Shown here: positions 9,259 to 18,933 of the stretch, one piece after another
Numbering within the stretch: position 1 is the stretch's first letter
Layout of the letters: each line of letters starts with the position of its first letter
Origin: Gemmatimonadota bacterium
GTDB taxonomy: Bacteria > Gemmatimonadota > Gemmatimonadetes > Gemmatimonadales > GWC2-71-9
Assembly: GCA_039588295.1 (NCBI GenBank)
Contig: JBDHAB010000001.1
Location: forward strand, 64,001 to 128,000
Reading direction: 5' to 3'
Length of the DNA stretch: 64,000 bases
The notes under the pieces: model-generated
What the model was told of the DNA's origin: nothing
What the model saw: the letters and a program-made list of their open reading frames with translations, nothing else
Databases searched by the model: none
Program-made: the position numbers and the translations under genes

Positions 9259-10098
9259 TTAGCGCGAACTCTTCGGCTGCCGGGCGGGCACGAACAGCCA
9301 CCGTCCCAGCTCCACCCGCCGATAGTCGGCAATCGCCTGCTGCGCCGCAGCATCCAGGAAGTAGTCCTGAAGCGCTGCGGCGCCCCGCTGGTTGAGCCAT
9401 GCGAACCGCGACGGATTCGGAACGAGAATGTGATACGGATTGGCCAGCTCCGCGTCACCGTCAACGAGAACGTCCAGCTCGAGCGAATGTTTGTGACTCA
9501 GCAGGGTGCCAATGTCGGTCAGCGTATACGCACCGAGTTCATTGGCAATCTGGAGCGTCGCGCTCATCCCTTGCCCCGACTCACGATACCACGCTCGCTC
9601 CGGGGTGACTCCCGCTGACTCCCACAGCCTGGTTTCTCTTGCGTGTGTCCCCGACCGGTCGGCACGCGAAACAAACAGCGCCCCCGTTGCAGCGATGCCA
9701 CCCATTGCGGCGAGAGCGGGCATAGCCCGTATACGAGCCGGATCCCACCGAGGGCCCACGAGGACGAACTCGTTCCGCATGACTGCCACCCGCCTCGGGG
9801 CGAACCCTTGCTCGACGAACTCCCGCTCGCCCGCCGGGTCGTGCACGATCAGAATGTCCGCCTCCCCGCGCCGTCCCAGTTCCATTGCCTGCCCGCTGCC
9901 GACTGCGACCACCTTGACACGATATCCCGTCATACGCTCGAAGGGCGGCAAGAGCATATCGAGCAACCCGGCATCACGCACCGACGTCGTCGTGGCCAAC
10001 ACGATTTCCGAATCCGCCGGAGCCTGTGCGAGGACGGACCGACCCGCAACTGCAAGAGCCAGGACAACAACCGCCCATCGGCTGGGGTTAGGCTTCAG
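9259..10098 (-). CDS. tupA: Tungstate ABC transporter substrate-binding protein
   Basis: LATTTS, VGSGQA, FVSRADRSGTH, GQGM, YTLTD, LANPYH; start uncertain (possible CTG at 10098). Confidence 0.78.
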   Translation of the reverse strand: MKPNPSRWAVVVLALAVAGRSVLAQAPADSEIVLATTTSVRDAGLLDMLLPPFERMTGYRVKVVAVGSGQAMELGRRGEADILIVHDPAGEREFVEQGFAPRRVAVMRNEFVLVGPRWDPARIRAMPALAAMGGIAATGALFVSRADRSGTHARETRLWESAGVTPERAWYRESGQGMSATLQIANELGAYTLTDIGTLLSHKHSLELDVLVDGDAELANPYHILVPNPSRFAWLNQRGAAALQDYFLDAAAQQAIADYRRVELGRWLFVPARQPKSSR

Positions 10099-10916
10099 AA
10101 GAGCTCCCCCTGCTCCCTCAACGAGTCGGGAGATACCGCCTCCTGTCCGACGAGCTGCTGCATTTCGCGCACGCTGTGTGGCGCGTGTCCCTCGTAATAG
10201 TTGTTGAAGTATCCGTAGATGCTCGTGACTCGAGTTTGGAGCGTCGCGAAGATCTGCGACCATGCTTTGAAGTCCTCGTCTCGATCGAGTTGCGGACGAG
10301 AGAAGTCGGCAAGCCGCCGGTCCTTTCCCAGCCAGCGGACGTAAGCGAAATCGGCCGTAGGCTCAAGCGCGAGATCCGCCATCACCTCCAGTCGGAGCCA
10401 GCGCCCGTCTACCAGTACGAGTGAGACGTTTCGAGATTTGAGGAGTTCGTAGGTGGCCGGCGTCATCCAACCGGGATCGCGGAACTCGACAGCCCATCGA
10501 AATCCTGTCGGCAGCGTTCCGAGAAACTCGCGCAGCGCGGTGCGATTGGCATCCGTAGTGCGGAAGCCGGGAGCCAGTTGCACGAGAATCGGCCCGAGGC
10601 GGTCCTCCAACTGTTCCACGCGGTCAAGAAAGCGCCGCAATAGTGTCTGCGAGTCTTTGAGGCGTCGCTCGTGGGTGATCTCCTGTGGCACCTTGAGGGA
10701 AAACACGAACCCCTCGGGAACGCGGGCGCGCCAGTTCCGCACGATCGGGTCCGCTGGAATCGCATACGCAGTGGAGTCCACCTCGACCGTCGAAAAGGCA
10801 CGCGCGTACACCTCGAGCATACCGGCAGGTTTCGTTCCTATCGGGTAGAACTCGCCGACCCAGGAACCGTAGTTCCATCCTTGTGTTCCAAGGCGGATCT
10901 CGACCTTATCCAACAC
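10095..10916 (-). CDS. DUF72 family protein
   Basis: GTQGWNY, TVEVDST, KVPQEITH, AVEFR, YFNNYYEGHA; start reset to GTG 10916. Confidence 0.85.
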   Translation of the reverse strand: MLDKVEIRLGTQGWNYGSWVGEFYPIGTKPAGMLEVYARAFSTVEVDSTAYAIPADPIVRNWRARVPEGFVFSLKVPQEITHERRLKDSQTLLRRFLDRVEQLEDRLGPILVQLAPGFRTTDANRTALREFLGTLPTGFRWAVEFRDPGWMTPATYELLKSRNVSLVLVDGRWLRLEVMADLALEPTADFAYVRWLGKDRRLADFSRPQLDRDEDFKAWSQIFATLQTRVTSIYGYFNNYYEGHAPHSVREMQQLVGQEAVSPDSLREQGELF

Positions 10917-10920
10917 GGCG

Positions 10921-11319
10921 CTACCCGGCTCGCCGGTGCCAGTACATCCTGAGCTCGGAGATCTTGCCCTCGTCGGTCTCGCAGAAAATGGTGCCGCGCA
11001 CATCCACAGGTTCACCGGTACGGCGGCGGCGGAATGTGCATCTGAATTCGGTGGCGAACCACGGCCCCGCTACGAATATCTCCCCGTACCGGAAGGAGAT
11101 ATTCGACTGCTCGAGTGGTACGTCCGTCCAGTAGCGTTCGATGTCCGTCAGACCCGTGATTGGCTCAGCGAAGGGGTCGGGCACGAACACCGCGTCGTCC
11201 GTGAAGATTTCGGTGATGAGCTTGGAGCTGCCCTTCTCCCAGCCATGGCCGAACCGCTCAACGAGCTCGGCGTACGTGGAGCGCAACGCTTTCCAATTGT
11301 CCGCTGGTGTGGTGATCAC
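10921..11319 (-). CDS. SnoaL-like / NTF2 family protein
   Basis: IFTDDAVF..DPF, GLTDIERYW, GKISELRMYW; start uncertain. Confidence 0.75.
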   Translation of the reverse strand: MITTPADNWKALRSTYAELVERFGHGWEKGSSKLITEIFTDDAVFVPDPFAEPITGLTDIERYWTDVPLEQSNISFRYGEIFVAGPWFATEFRCTFRRRRTGEPVDVRGTIFCETDEGKISELRMYWHRRAG

Positions 11320-11511
11320 AGATGACCTTGGCACTTCGCCCGAGACGACTTCAAGCTTAGGGCGAGAGCGGTGTGGACGCCAGAGAGGGGGCTGAGTGAC
11401 AGGCGGTAGGTGAAACGGCTGATGCACCGGGCCACCACCTCACCCGCGTTCTGGGCCCAACCACGACCTAACACCTACCACCTATCACCCACAACCTTCT
11501 AGACTTCCCCC

Positions 11512-12450
11512 ATGCCCGCTGCCCTTCCTGTCATCATTGATACCGATCCGGGCATTGATGACGTCGTAGCCCTGGCGCTGGCGGCGCGGTCACCGGAACT
11601 CGAGATCCTAGCCGTGACCACGACCTACGGTAACGCCACCCTTGCCGACACGACCCGTAACGCTGCCACGCTCCTGCACCTCGTCGGCAGGCCGGAGATC
11701 GCCGTCCGGCCCGGGTCCGACCGTCCACTCACCCGGCCGCTGGTGACTGCCCCTGAGACACACGGCCCTTCGGGCGTGGGCTACGCCGAGGTCCCGGCGA
11801 CGACGGCGGTCGCGTCCAACCCACACGTGCTCCTCGAAGTGCTCGCCGAAATCGGTACGCCCGCTGTGCTCATCACGCTGGGTCCCCTGACCAACCTCGC
11901 CCATGCACTGGCAAGCGATCCTGAGCTCGTTCATCGTTCTGTCGCGCGCCACATCGGGATGTTCGGGAACATCCACGAACGAGGCAACACGAACCGCTGG
12001 GCCGATTTCAATGCGTGGTGTGATCCCGAGGCCGCGGACCGGGTCATCCACGACCCGCTGGAAACGGCGATGGTCGGGCTGGACGTCACACGGAAGATGA
12101 CGTTTTCAGCACCAGAGGTCGGCCGGTTCGTGCGTTCCGGCGATCCGCTCATCGCGTGGCTCGGAAGAGCGCTCGAGTTCTACGTCGAGTTCCACCGTAA
12201 CCAGGAGCGACTGGACGGCTGCGTCGTCAACGACGTGCTCCCAATCGGTGAGCTGATCGTTCCGCACTTGCTCACCCTGGCGGAACTGCCGCTCGTGATT
12301 GACCTTGGTGATGACGAACATCGGGGTCACACTCGGGAGCACTCGGGAGGGACCCAGACCCGCGTGGCACTCGAGGTAGACACCGCCCGGATGCGGAGTC
12401 TGCTCGCACGCGTGTTTGGGCAGTCGGATGAGGTGAGAGCAGGCGGATGA
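11512..12450 (+). CDS. Inosine/uridine-preferring nucleoside hydrolase family
   Basis: DTDPGIDD, TYGN, LGPLTN, DFNAWCDPEAA, GLDVT. Confidence 0.88.
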   Translation: MPAALPVIIDTDPGIDDVVALALAARSPELEILAVTTTYGNATLADTTRNAATLLHLVGRPEIAVRPGSDRPLTRPLVTAPETHGPSGVGYAEVPATTAVASNPHVLLEVLAEIGTPAVLITLGPLTNLAHALASDPELVHRSVARHIGMFGNIHERGNTNRWADFNAWCDPEAADRVIHDPLETAMVGLDVTRKMTFSAPEVGRFVRSGDPLIAWLGRALEFYVEFHRNQERLDGCVVNDVLPIGELIVPHLLTLAELPLVIDLGDDEHRGHTREHSGGTQTRVALEVDTARMRSLLARVFGQSDEVRAGG

Positions 12451-12466
12451 GGACCAACACCATGGG

Positions 12467-13456
12467 GTGCGGGATGGCCAGCCCATTCGGGAGGGTTTGA
12501 TGACAGCGGCACAGGTGCGCGTGGCAATAGTGGGGACGGGGGATGTCGGGCGCGGCTGGGCGGCGATGTGTGTGGCCGCCGGATGGCCTGTCTCCCTATT
12601 CGATTCTGAAGGCGCCGCCCTCACGAACGCGACGCAGGAGATTGCGGCGCGGGCACAGGCGCTCGTTCAGATGGACCGTGCAGATGCAGCGGACCTCCGA
12701 TCCGGACTGGACCAGCTCATGGTCGGCCGGAGCATCCTCGAAGCCTGTCGCGAGGCACAATGGGTGATCGAAGCGGGGCCCGAAGACCTCCGCACCAAGC
12801 AGAAGATGTTCGAGGCGATCGAGTCGGTTGCGCGCAGCGTCCGCGTCATCACCAGCTCCTCGAGCGGTTTCACGATGGCGGACATCGCCTCGCGTTGTGT
12901 ACGTCAGAACCGCTGCATGATCGCGCACCCGCTGAACCCACCCGAATTGATCCCGTTGGTGGAAGTCGTTCCGGGCCCGATGACGGATCATGCCCTACTC
13001 GAGGTGGTGAAGGGGTGGCTCCACGCGTTGGGCCGCATACCGGTGGAGATCAAGAAACCGGTGCCGGGCAATGTGGTGAACCGCATCGCGGCTGCCGTGT
13101 GGCGCGAGGCGATTGACCTGGTACTCGAAGGCGTCATCGATGTCGACGACCTCGACCGGGCCGTGTCCGTCGGACCTGCACTGGGGTGGGCAGCGGCCGG
13201 CCCACACCTGACCTACCATCTGGCTGCCGGAGAGCGGGGCGTCACCGGTTTCCTGCAGCAGCTGCTCAAGACGTTTGAGATGATCTGGGAAGAACTCCCG
13301 ACATGGACCAAGCTCGAGCCGGAGCAGCAGCGTCGATTGATCCATCTGGTCGAACGGGCATACGATGAGAAGGTCGACCGGATCCGCCCCGCGCGGGACC
13401 GCAGGCTCGCAGCCATGCTGAAAGGGCTCGAGCAAGCACGGGGGGAGAGGAGATGA
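12467..13456 (+). CDS. 3-hydroxyacyl-CoA dehydrogenase family (carnitine DH / lambda-crystallin-like)
   Basis: GTGDVG Rossmann motif, EAGPE, SSSS, HPLNPPELIPLVE, PGNVVNR; start may be ATG 12500. Confidence 0.8.
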   Translation: MRDGQPIREGLMTAAQVRVAIVGTGDVGRGWAAMCVAAGWPVSLFDSEGAALTNATQEIAARAQALVQMDRADAADLRSGLDQLMVGRSILEACREAQWVIEAGPEDLRTKQKMFEAIESVARSVRVITSSSSGFTMADIASRCVRQNRCMIAHPLNPPELIPLVEVVPGPMTDHALLEVVKGWLHALGRIPVEIKKPVPGNVVNRIAAAVWREAIDLVLEGVIDVDDLDRAVSVGPALGWAAAGPHLTYHLAAGERGVTGFLQQLLKTFEMIWEELPTWTKLEPEQQRRLIHLVERAYDEKVDRIRPARDRRLAAMLKGLEQARGERR

Positions 13457-13515
13457 CAGGCAGGAGGTCGTAGGTTCGTCCGTACCACCCGGCACCTGTC
13501 ACTACCACCTAGCGC

Positions 13516-14217
13516 TTATCCCACCTCCTGGCCCCGAACCACGCACCCGAGCGACTCTGCCAGCTCGTGGCCGATCACCTGCTCGCGGGGCATGGCGCCC
13601 CTGAGGCGGATGGTCACAGGCCCGCGGAACGGTTGGCGAGCAACGACCTCAAACACCGCACCGAGTCTGAGCCCAAGCGAGGAGAGATATCGCAGCCGCT
13701 CGGAGTCACGGTCGCTCACCATCCGCAACTCCGCTGTCTCGCCCACCGCGACGTCCGCCAGCTGCGTGACCGCCGGCTCCTCGATCTCCCCTTCCTTCGT
13801 CGGGATCGGCCCACCGTGCGGGTCGAATTGGGGGTTCCCAAGTGCCATCGCCATCCGCTCGATCAGCTCATCCGACACTGCATGCTCGAGGCGTTCCGCT
13901 TCCTCATGCACGGAATCCCAGTCGTATCCGAGCTTCGACGAGAGGTAGGTCTCGAGGACGCGATGCCGCCGCACCATGCGGAGGGCGGTGCGTCGCCCGG
14001 TCCGAGTCAGCTGCACACCTCGATACGGTACGTGCTCGAGCAACCCTGACTCCGACAGCCGCTTGACCATCCCGCTCACGGATGGGGGCGCAACCTCGAG
14101 GGCTTCGGCAATCGCACTCGTCTGCGCGGGGCGCCCCTGCGCCTCAAGCTCATGGATGGCCTTGAGGTAGTCCTCTGTCGAACGACTCAGACCGGACCGA
14201 GGCGAGGCGGGACTCAC
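13516..14217 (-). CDS. DtxR/MntR family metal-dependent repressor with C-terminal FeoA-like domain
   Basis: EDYLKAI, RRHRVLE, EAERLEH, DPHGGPIP. Confidence 0.9.
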   Translation of the reverse strand: MSPASPRSGLSRSTEDYLKAIHELEAQGRPAQTSAIAEALEVAPPSVSGMVKRLSESGLLEHVPYRGVQLTRTGRRTALRMVRRHRVLETYLSSKLGYDWDSVHEEAERLEHAVSDELIERMAMALGNPQFDPHGGPIPTKEGEIEEPAVTQLADVAVGETAELRMVSDRDSERLRYLSSLGLRLGAVFEVVARQPFRGPVTIRLRGAMPREQVIGHELAESLGCVVRGQEVG

Positions 14218-14262
14218 GGTGGCTTGCCCCCGGGTGGAGAGATTTGCAACGCTTGAAACTTA

Positions 14263-14284
14263 AAATTTATGCGTGCCTAAACTT
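14263..14284. promoter_or_regulatory. Candidate DtxR/MntR-family operator
   Basis: AT-rich imperfect palindrome AAATTTATGCGTGCCTAAACTT (8/11 pairs) about 45 bp upstream of the regulator. Confidence 0.55.
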
Positions 14285-14323
14285 ACGGATTTGGTGCCGT
14301 CCCGGCAAGGCTCGTGGGCCGAG

Positions 14324-14902
14324 CTAGCCGATTAACTCAAAGAAATGGCTCAAGATACGGTGCGTGATTCCCCAAATCACGTGCGGCCCCGCACGGTACG
14401 CCGGTCTGGTCAGCTCCACGCCCCGCACCGAGACGGCGACCTCGGCCAGGGTTCCTGGCAACTCGGTCAGCGGGGTCCAGATGTGCAGCGCCACTTCATG
14501 GCTCGGCGTCACCACAGACCGGGCCTGGAGCCAAAACACAAACGGGCGCACGACGATCGGTGGGAGTGTCGGTGTCATCGGCGCGAGATCGTCGAGCACG
14601 CCAATCAGCGCCTCGGTCGGCAGCACGACGCCTGTTTCCTCCTGCGTCTCACGTTGCGCCGTCACGAGCAGATCCGCATCGTCAGCCTCGCGTCGCCCGC
14701 CCGGAAAGGCCATCTGTCCCGACCAGGGATCTCCTTCTACTTCGGCGCGCTTGATGAGCAGCAGGTCGGCCTTTCCATCTGACCCCGAGGCCAACACGAT
14801 CGCAACAGCCGCCTGAATCTTGCCCGTCGTCTCTGCCTGACGCGGCTCGCGTGACGAGAGTCGATCGCGCAAGGTACTAAACGTGAGAGGCGTCACTGAC
14901 AA
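14324..14902 (-). CDS. NUDIX hydrolase (CoA pyrophosphatase-like)
   Basis: WSGQMAFPGG...TAQRETQEETG, IWGITH. Confidence 0.85.
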   Translation of the reverse strand: MSVTPLTFSTLRDRLSSREPRQAETTGKIQAAVAIVLASGSDGKADLLLIKRAEVEGDPWSGQMAFPGGRREADDADLLVTAQRETQEETGVVLPTEALIGVLDDLAPMTPTLPPIVVRPFVFWLQARSVVTPSHEVALHIWTPLTELPGTLAEVAVSVRGVELTRPAYRAGPHVIWGITHRILSHFFELIG

Positions 14903-15039
14903 ACTCGTGCAACAGAACCGAAACTTGCATAGAGGGTAATACTCGTATGACGAGCATCAGAAGCACTTGCACCCCAGCCTATATTTGATGCGGCCGTGAC
15001 CGTGATGACGAGAATCGCAGCTCTCACCAGGAGGTAGGT

Positions 15040-15177
15040 ATCCGAAGCTTTGGAGTCGGACTCATTGCACTTGCCACCGTGGCCGCGGCGAGCTTGCTGC
15101 TGCGCCGTCGGCTGCTCCCAGCAACGGCCGGTCGACGGGAGAGTGTCATCGACGCCCTCTACGCCGCCGGCCTCTAA
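15040..15177 (+). CDS. Putative small single-TM peptide (45 aa) without a canonical start
   Basis: SD AGGAGGT at 15029-15035 then ATC; IRSFGVGLIALATVAAASLLLRRRLLPATAGRRESVIDALYAAGL*. Confidence 0.35.
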   Translation: MRSFGVGLIALATVAAASLLLRRRLLPATAGRRESVIDALYAAGL

Positions 15178-15223
15178 CCGATCTCGGACGGCCCCATCCA
15201 CGGGGCCGTCTTGGTTTCCGCCA

Positions 15224-16072
15224 TCAGAACAGGTACCGACTGAACCACTCCACCGTCATATCCATGGCGGCATCCAGCTGAGGCGTGCTCCCCGCCCACG
15301 GGTGCCGCGCACCCAGCGTATGGGATCCCCCGTCAACGATCTTCAATTCCGCACTGCCGCGCGTCGCGGCACCAAACAGCTTCTCCGCGTCCGCCGGCGA
15401 CACCGATTCGTCGTCGGCTCCGTGCACGATGAGCCACGGAACGGCGATCTCGCCGGCCGCACGCTCGAGATCCAATGCAGCGCTGTTGGCGGAGAGGTCG
15501 TCGAGGTAATCGGTGTACAGCGGGAGGATGTCGCCGGTCCGCATGTTGGGCACATCGATCTTGCCCTTTGCACGCCACTGCGAGACGGTCGCTTCGTCCC
15601 AACGCAGGAGACTCGCAATGGCCGCCCAGGTAACCAACGCCCGACACTCGGGGTGTCTCGCCTCGTACAGCAGCGCTGCCGCACCGCCGCGACTGTGCCC
15701 GAACACACCGAGGGCCGATGGTGTGGCCAGGCCGGGCGCCAAGGAACCCTCGAGCAAGGACCGGCACACGGTGTCGACGTCAGCGGTGTCCCCGGTGATC
15801 GTTGCGTGTCCGAAGCGCTCCGGCTCCGAAAAGGATTCGCCGTCGGGGCCCACACCGCTCCCAGAGAAGTTGAACGTCACGGCAGTCATGCCAGCCCTGG
15901 CGATCCGCTCCGCCAGATAGGGGAAGAACCCCCAGTTCTTGAAGCCCTTGAATCCATGGCAGATAACCACTGCCGGCCGACCGTTACCGCGGATGGCCGT
16001 CCTGACCTCCCCGCGCAGTGGACCGCCGTCGGCCCCTCGCTGCTCAAACGATATCAAGCTGACCGTAGCCAC
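15224..16072 (-). CDS. Alpha/beta hydrolase
   Basis: CHGFKGFKNWG, GHSRGG, HGADDESV, GGSH. Confidence 0.85.
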   Translation of the reverse strand: MATVSLISFEQRGADGGPLRGEVRTAIRGNGRPAVVICHGFKGFKNWGFFPYLAERIARAGMTAVTFNFSGSGVGPDGESFSEPERFGHATITGDTADVDTVCRSLLEGSLAPGLATPSALGVFGHSRGGAAALLYEARHPECRALVTWAAIASLLRWDEATVSQWRAKGKIDVPNMRTGDILPLYTDYLDDLSANSAALDLERAAGEIAVPWLIVHGADDESVSPADAEKLFGAATRGSAELKIVDGGSHTLGARHPWAGSTPQLDAAMDMTVEWFSRYLF

Positions 16073-16158
16073 GATGTTATTTTTACCTCCTCATGGGTAA
16101 CGAATACATTCCTCCTCGGCCCTGTCCGTAGCATGACCGAAACCAGCGGACGGGTCCG

Positions 16159-16722
16159 ATGATGCGGCCTTCCAACCCGGCCCTCCTTGCGGTCACCACG
16201 TCCCTCAGCGAGCACCGTGACAAGCTCGTCTCGCAGTGGTCGGAGTGGATTGCGCACCGCATGTCTCAGGCCCCACACATCCAGCGACCGACGATCGAAC
16301 GTCACCTCGCATTGCTCGTGGACGTGATGATCGAGCTCGCCGGTCCGCTTCGGCGACAGGCGACCGAGTTCTGGTTCACCGCGTGCGAGGTGTATGGGCA
16401 GACCGCCGCGGCCCGAGGGCTCGCTGCCGGAGAGGTCGTCGAGGAGTTGCAGCAGTTTCGGGAGCTGCTGATCCGTTCGTTGTCGGAGACCATCGTGACC
16501 CTCCCGGCGCGCCAATCGATCGCGGCCGTGCTGCGTCTCAATCGCGTCTTCGACCGCGGGCTGACTCACGCCGTGGTCGGTTACACCGACGCGCTCGTCG
16601 AAACGCTGCTCAACCGGCGCGGCGTGCCCATCGTAGCGTCCGAGCCGGCGGAGGACGAAGTACTGCAGCGCCTCACCCATCTTGAGGAAGAACTCGCGGT
16701 CCTGAAGCAACAGAACCGGTGA
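16159..16722 (+). CDS. RsbRD N-terminal-like (globin-like helical) protein
   Basis: HRDKLVSQW, YGQTAAARG....EVVEEL..FRE pattern. Confidence 0.55.
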   Translation: MMRPSNPALLAVTTSLSEHRDKLVSQWSEWIAHRMSQAPHIQRPTIERHLALLVDVMIELAGPLRRQATEFWFTACEVYGQTAAARGLAAGEVVEELQQFRELLIRSLSETIVTLPARQSIAAVLRLNRVFDRGLTHAVVGYTDALVETLLNRRGVPIVASEPAEDEVLQRLTHLEEELAVLKQQNR

Positions 16723-16735
16723 CGTCGACGCGGCC

Positions 16736-17536
16736 CTAGTGGCCGGCGATCTCCTCGCCCCCATCCACGTTAATGACGTTTCCGGTGATCCAGTCGGTAC
16801 CCGGCTTGGACAGCGCCACAATCGCCCGGGCCACATCCTCGGGTATTGTGAGGCGTTTGTGCGGATTCCGTCGGGCCGCCTCGAGAAACAGCTGGTCGGC
16901 TTCGGGAATCCGCTCCGACGCGGGCGTCCGGGTCACACCGCCGCGCAAGGCGTTGACGGAGATGCCAAGCGGCGCAAGCTCCGTGGCGAGTTGCCGCGTG
17001 TGGGACTCCAGCGCGCATTTTGCGGCGGACACGGCTCCATACGAGGGAATCACACGCGTCGAGCCCGAGGATGTCATCGAGAAAATGCGGCCCCCTTCGT
17101 GCATCAGACCGCGCTGGACCAGCTCCTGCGTCCAGAACACCAGCGAATGCGCCATGACGTCGAGGGTCATGTGCATGTTTCTCTTGGTGATCGGCTCGTC
17201 GGCGATGTACGGCTTGAGGGTGCCGAACGCCAGGGAGTGCATGAGCACGGCAACGGTTCCACCGTTCTCCTCGATGTCGGCCTCCAGCGCATCAACCACT
17301 TCGCTGCGTTTCTCGTCATCGTTCGCATTGACGTTGAAGTACCACGCGCGGTGACCGGTTGCCTCGATTTCCGTCTTGAGCTCCTCGACATAGGCCTCGC
17401 GGGCAGCACGATCGAGATGCACACCGGCAATGTCGTAGCCGGCCCTTGCCAGCTCCTTTGCCGTGGCTTCACCGAACCCGCTCGAAGCACCGAGGATGAC
17501 CGCCCAGCGCGGTACCGTTCTCTGTGCGTGCCTCAC
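16736..17536 (-). CDS. SDR oxidoreductase, enoyl-ACP reductase (FabL-like)
   Basis: LGASSGFG, YGAVSAAK (Y-X6-K), WITGNVINVDGG. Confidence 0.8.
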   Translation of the reverse strand: MRHAQRTVPRWAVILGASSGFGEATAKELARAGYDIAGVHLDRAAREAYVEELKTEIEATGHRAWYFNVNANDDEKRSEVVDALEADIEENGGTVAVLMHSLAFGTLKPYIADEPITKRNMHMTLDVMAHSLVFWTQELVQRGLMHEGGRIFSMTSSGSTRVIPSYGAVSAAKCALESHTRQLATELAPLGISVNALRGGVTRTPASERIPEADQLFLEAARRNPHKRLTIPEDVARAIVALSKPGTDWITGNVINVDGGEEIAGH

Positions 17537-17757
17537 GCCAGCCTCCTAGCTGCGAGGCATACAAGCTAGCCGCCAACCGTCTGGCTCGCCACGCCTCTCG
17601 GCGGGTTTAGCCCTTGGCCTGCTGGCCACACTTTGCATTCCGAGATACTATGGAAGGCGATTTTGCCGGCCTGAGTAGGTGCAAAACGCTGACGGGCTCC
17701 GTTCTCCCACAGCGCAGCGTTGCAGCACGGCGGAACCGACCCTACAGGATTGGTGTG

Positions 17758-18915
17758 ATGGATTACTTGCTCACGGAAGACCAGCTGATGGTCCGCGACC
17801 TGTGTCGCCAGATCGCGGAGGAGCGGATCAAGCCAGTCGCGGCCAAGTACGACGAGACCGCCGAGTTCCCGTGGGACATTGTGAAGGTGCTCGCCGAGTC
17901 GGACATCTTCGGGGTGTCGATTCCCGAACAATACGGCGGGATGGGTGGTGGCGTGTTCGAGATGGCGCTGGTGATGGAGCAACTGTCCTGGGGATGCGGT
18001 GGCATTGCGCTGGCGTTCGGCGGCACTGGCCTCGGGGCCTTTCCCATCATCCTGTTCGGCAACGACGAACAGAAGGACAAGTACCTCCCCCCAATCGCCC
18101 GTGGAGAGAGGCTCGCCGCCTTCGCCATCACCGAAGCGGACGCGGGCTCGGACGCCGCACGAATCCGGACGACGGCAACGAAGGACGGCGATCACTACAT
18201 CCTGAACGGTACGAAGCAGTGGATCACCAACGGGGGCGAGGCGGAGATCTACACCGTGATCACCTTGACGGACCGATCCAAGGGCGCGCGGGGTGCCAGC
18301 GCATTCATCGTCGAGAAGGACACGCCGGGCGTAAAATTCGGCAAGAAGGAAAACAAGCTCGGCATTCGCGCATCGGCGACCCGCGAGGTCATCTTCGAGG
18401 ACGCCAGAGTGCCGGCAGAGAACCTGCTCGCACGTGAGGGCATGGGGTTCATCATCGCGCTCAAGACCTTTGATGAAGCCCGTCCTGGTGTTGCCGCGCA
18501 GGCAGTCGGTATCGGACAGCGCGCGCTGGACGAAGCCGTGCACTACGCCACGATCCGTAAGCAGTTCGGCCATCCAATCTCGTCGTTTCAGGGTATCCAG
18601 TTCATGCTCGCCGACATGGCAATCGCCGTCGAGGCTTCGAGGGCGCTCGTCTATGCATCCGCGCGCATGATCGATTCCGGCGCCAAGGACATCGCGAAAC
18701 CCTCCGCCATCTCCAAGACGTTCGCCTCAGATGCGTGCGTCAAAGTCACTATCGACGCAGTGCAGGTCTTCGGCGGCTACGGCTACATGAAGGAGTATCC
18801 CGTTGAGAAGCTCCTGCGGGACGCCAAGATCACGCAGATCTACGAAGGATCGAACGAGATTCAACGCAACGTTATCGCCGCCAATCTGCTCAAGGAGAGC
18901 TCGAGGGGGAATTGA
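17758..18915 (+). CDS. Acyl-CoA dehydrogenase
   Basis: FAITEADAGSD, LNGTKQWITNG, RKQFG, QVFGGYGY, IYEGSNEIQR; start at MDYLLTEDQ. Confidence 0.93.
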   Translation: MDYLLTEDQLMVRDLCRQIAEERIKPVAAKYDETAEFPWDIVKVLAESDIFGVSIPEQYGGMGGGVFEMALVMEQLSWGCGGIALAFGGTGLGAFPIILFGNDEQKDKYLPPIARGERLAAFAITEADAGSDAARIRTTATKDGDHYILNGTKQWITNGGEAEIYTVITLTDRSKGARGASAFIVEKDTPGVKFGKKENKLGIRASATREVIFEDARVPAENLLAREGMGFIIALKTFDEARPGVAAQAVGIGQRALDEAVHYATIRKQFGHPISSFQGIQFMLADMAIAVEASRALVYASARMIDSGAKDIAKPSAISKTFASDACVKVTIDAVQVFGGYGYMKEYPVEKLLRDAKITQIYEGSNEIQRNVIAANLLKESSRGN

Positions 18916-18933
18916 GCTGATCTCGCGTACCCC

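Noticed and set aside
14900..15220. tmRNA, because the ALYAAGL* tail resembles an ssrA tag
   Set aside because: No tRNA-Ala-like 5'/3' ends or T-loop, and the peptide looks like a TM helix
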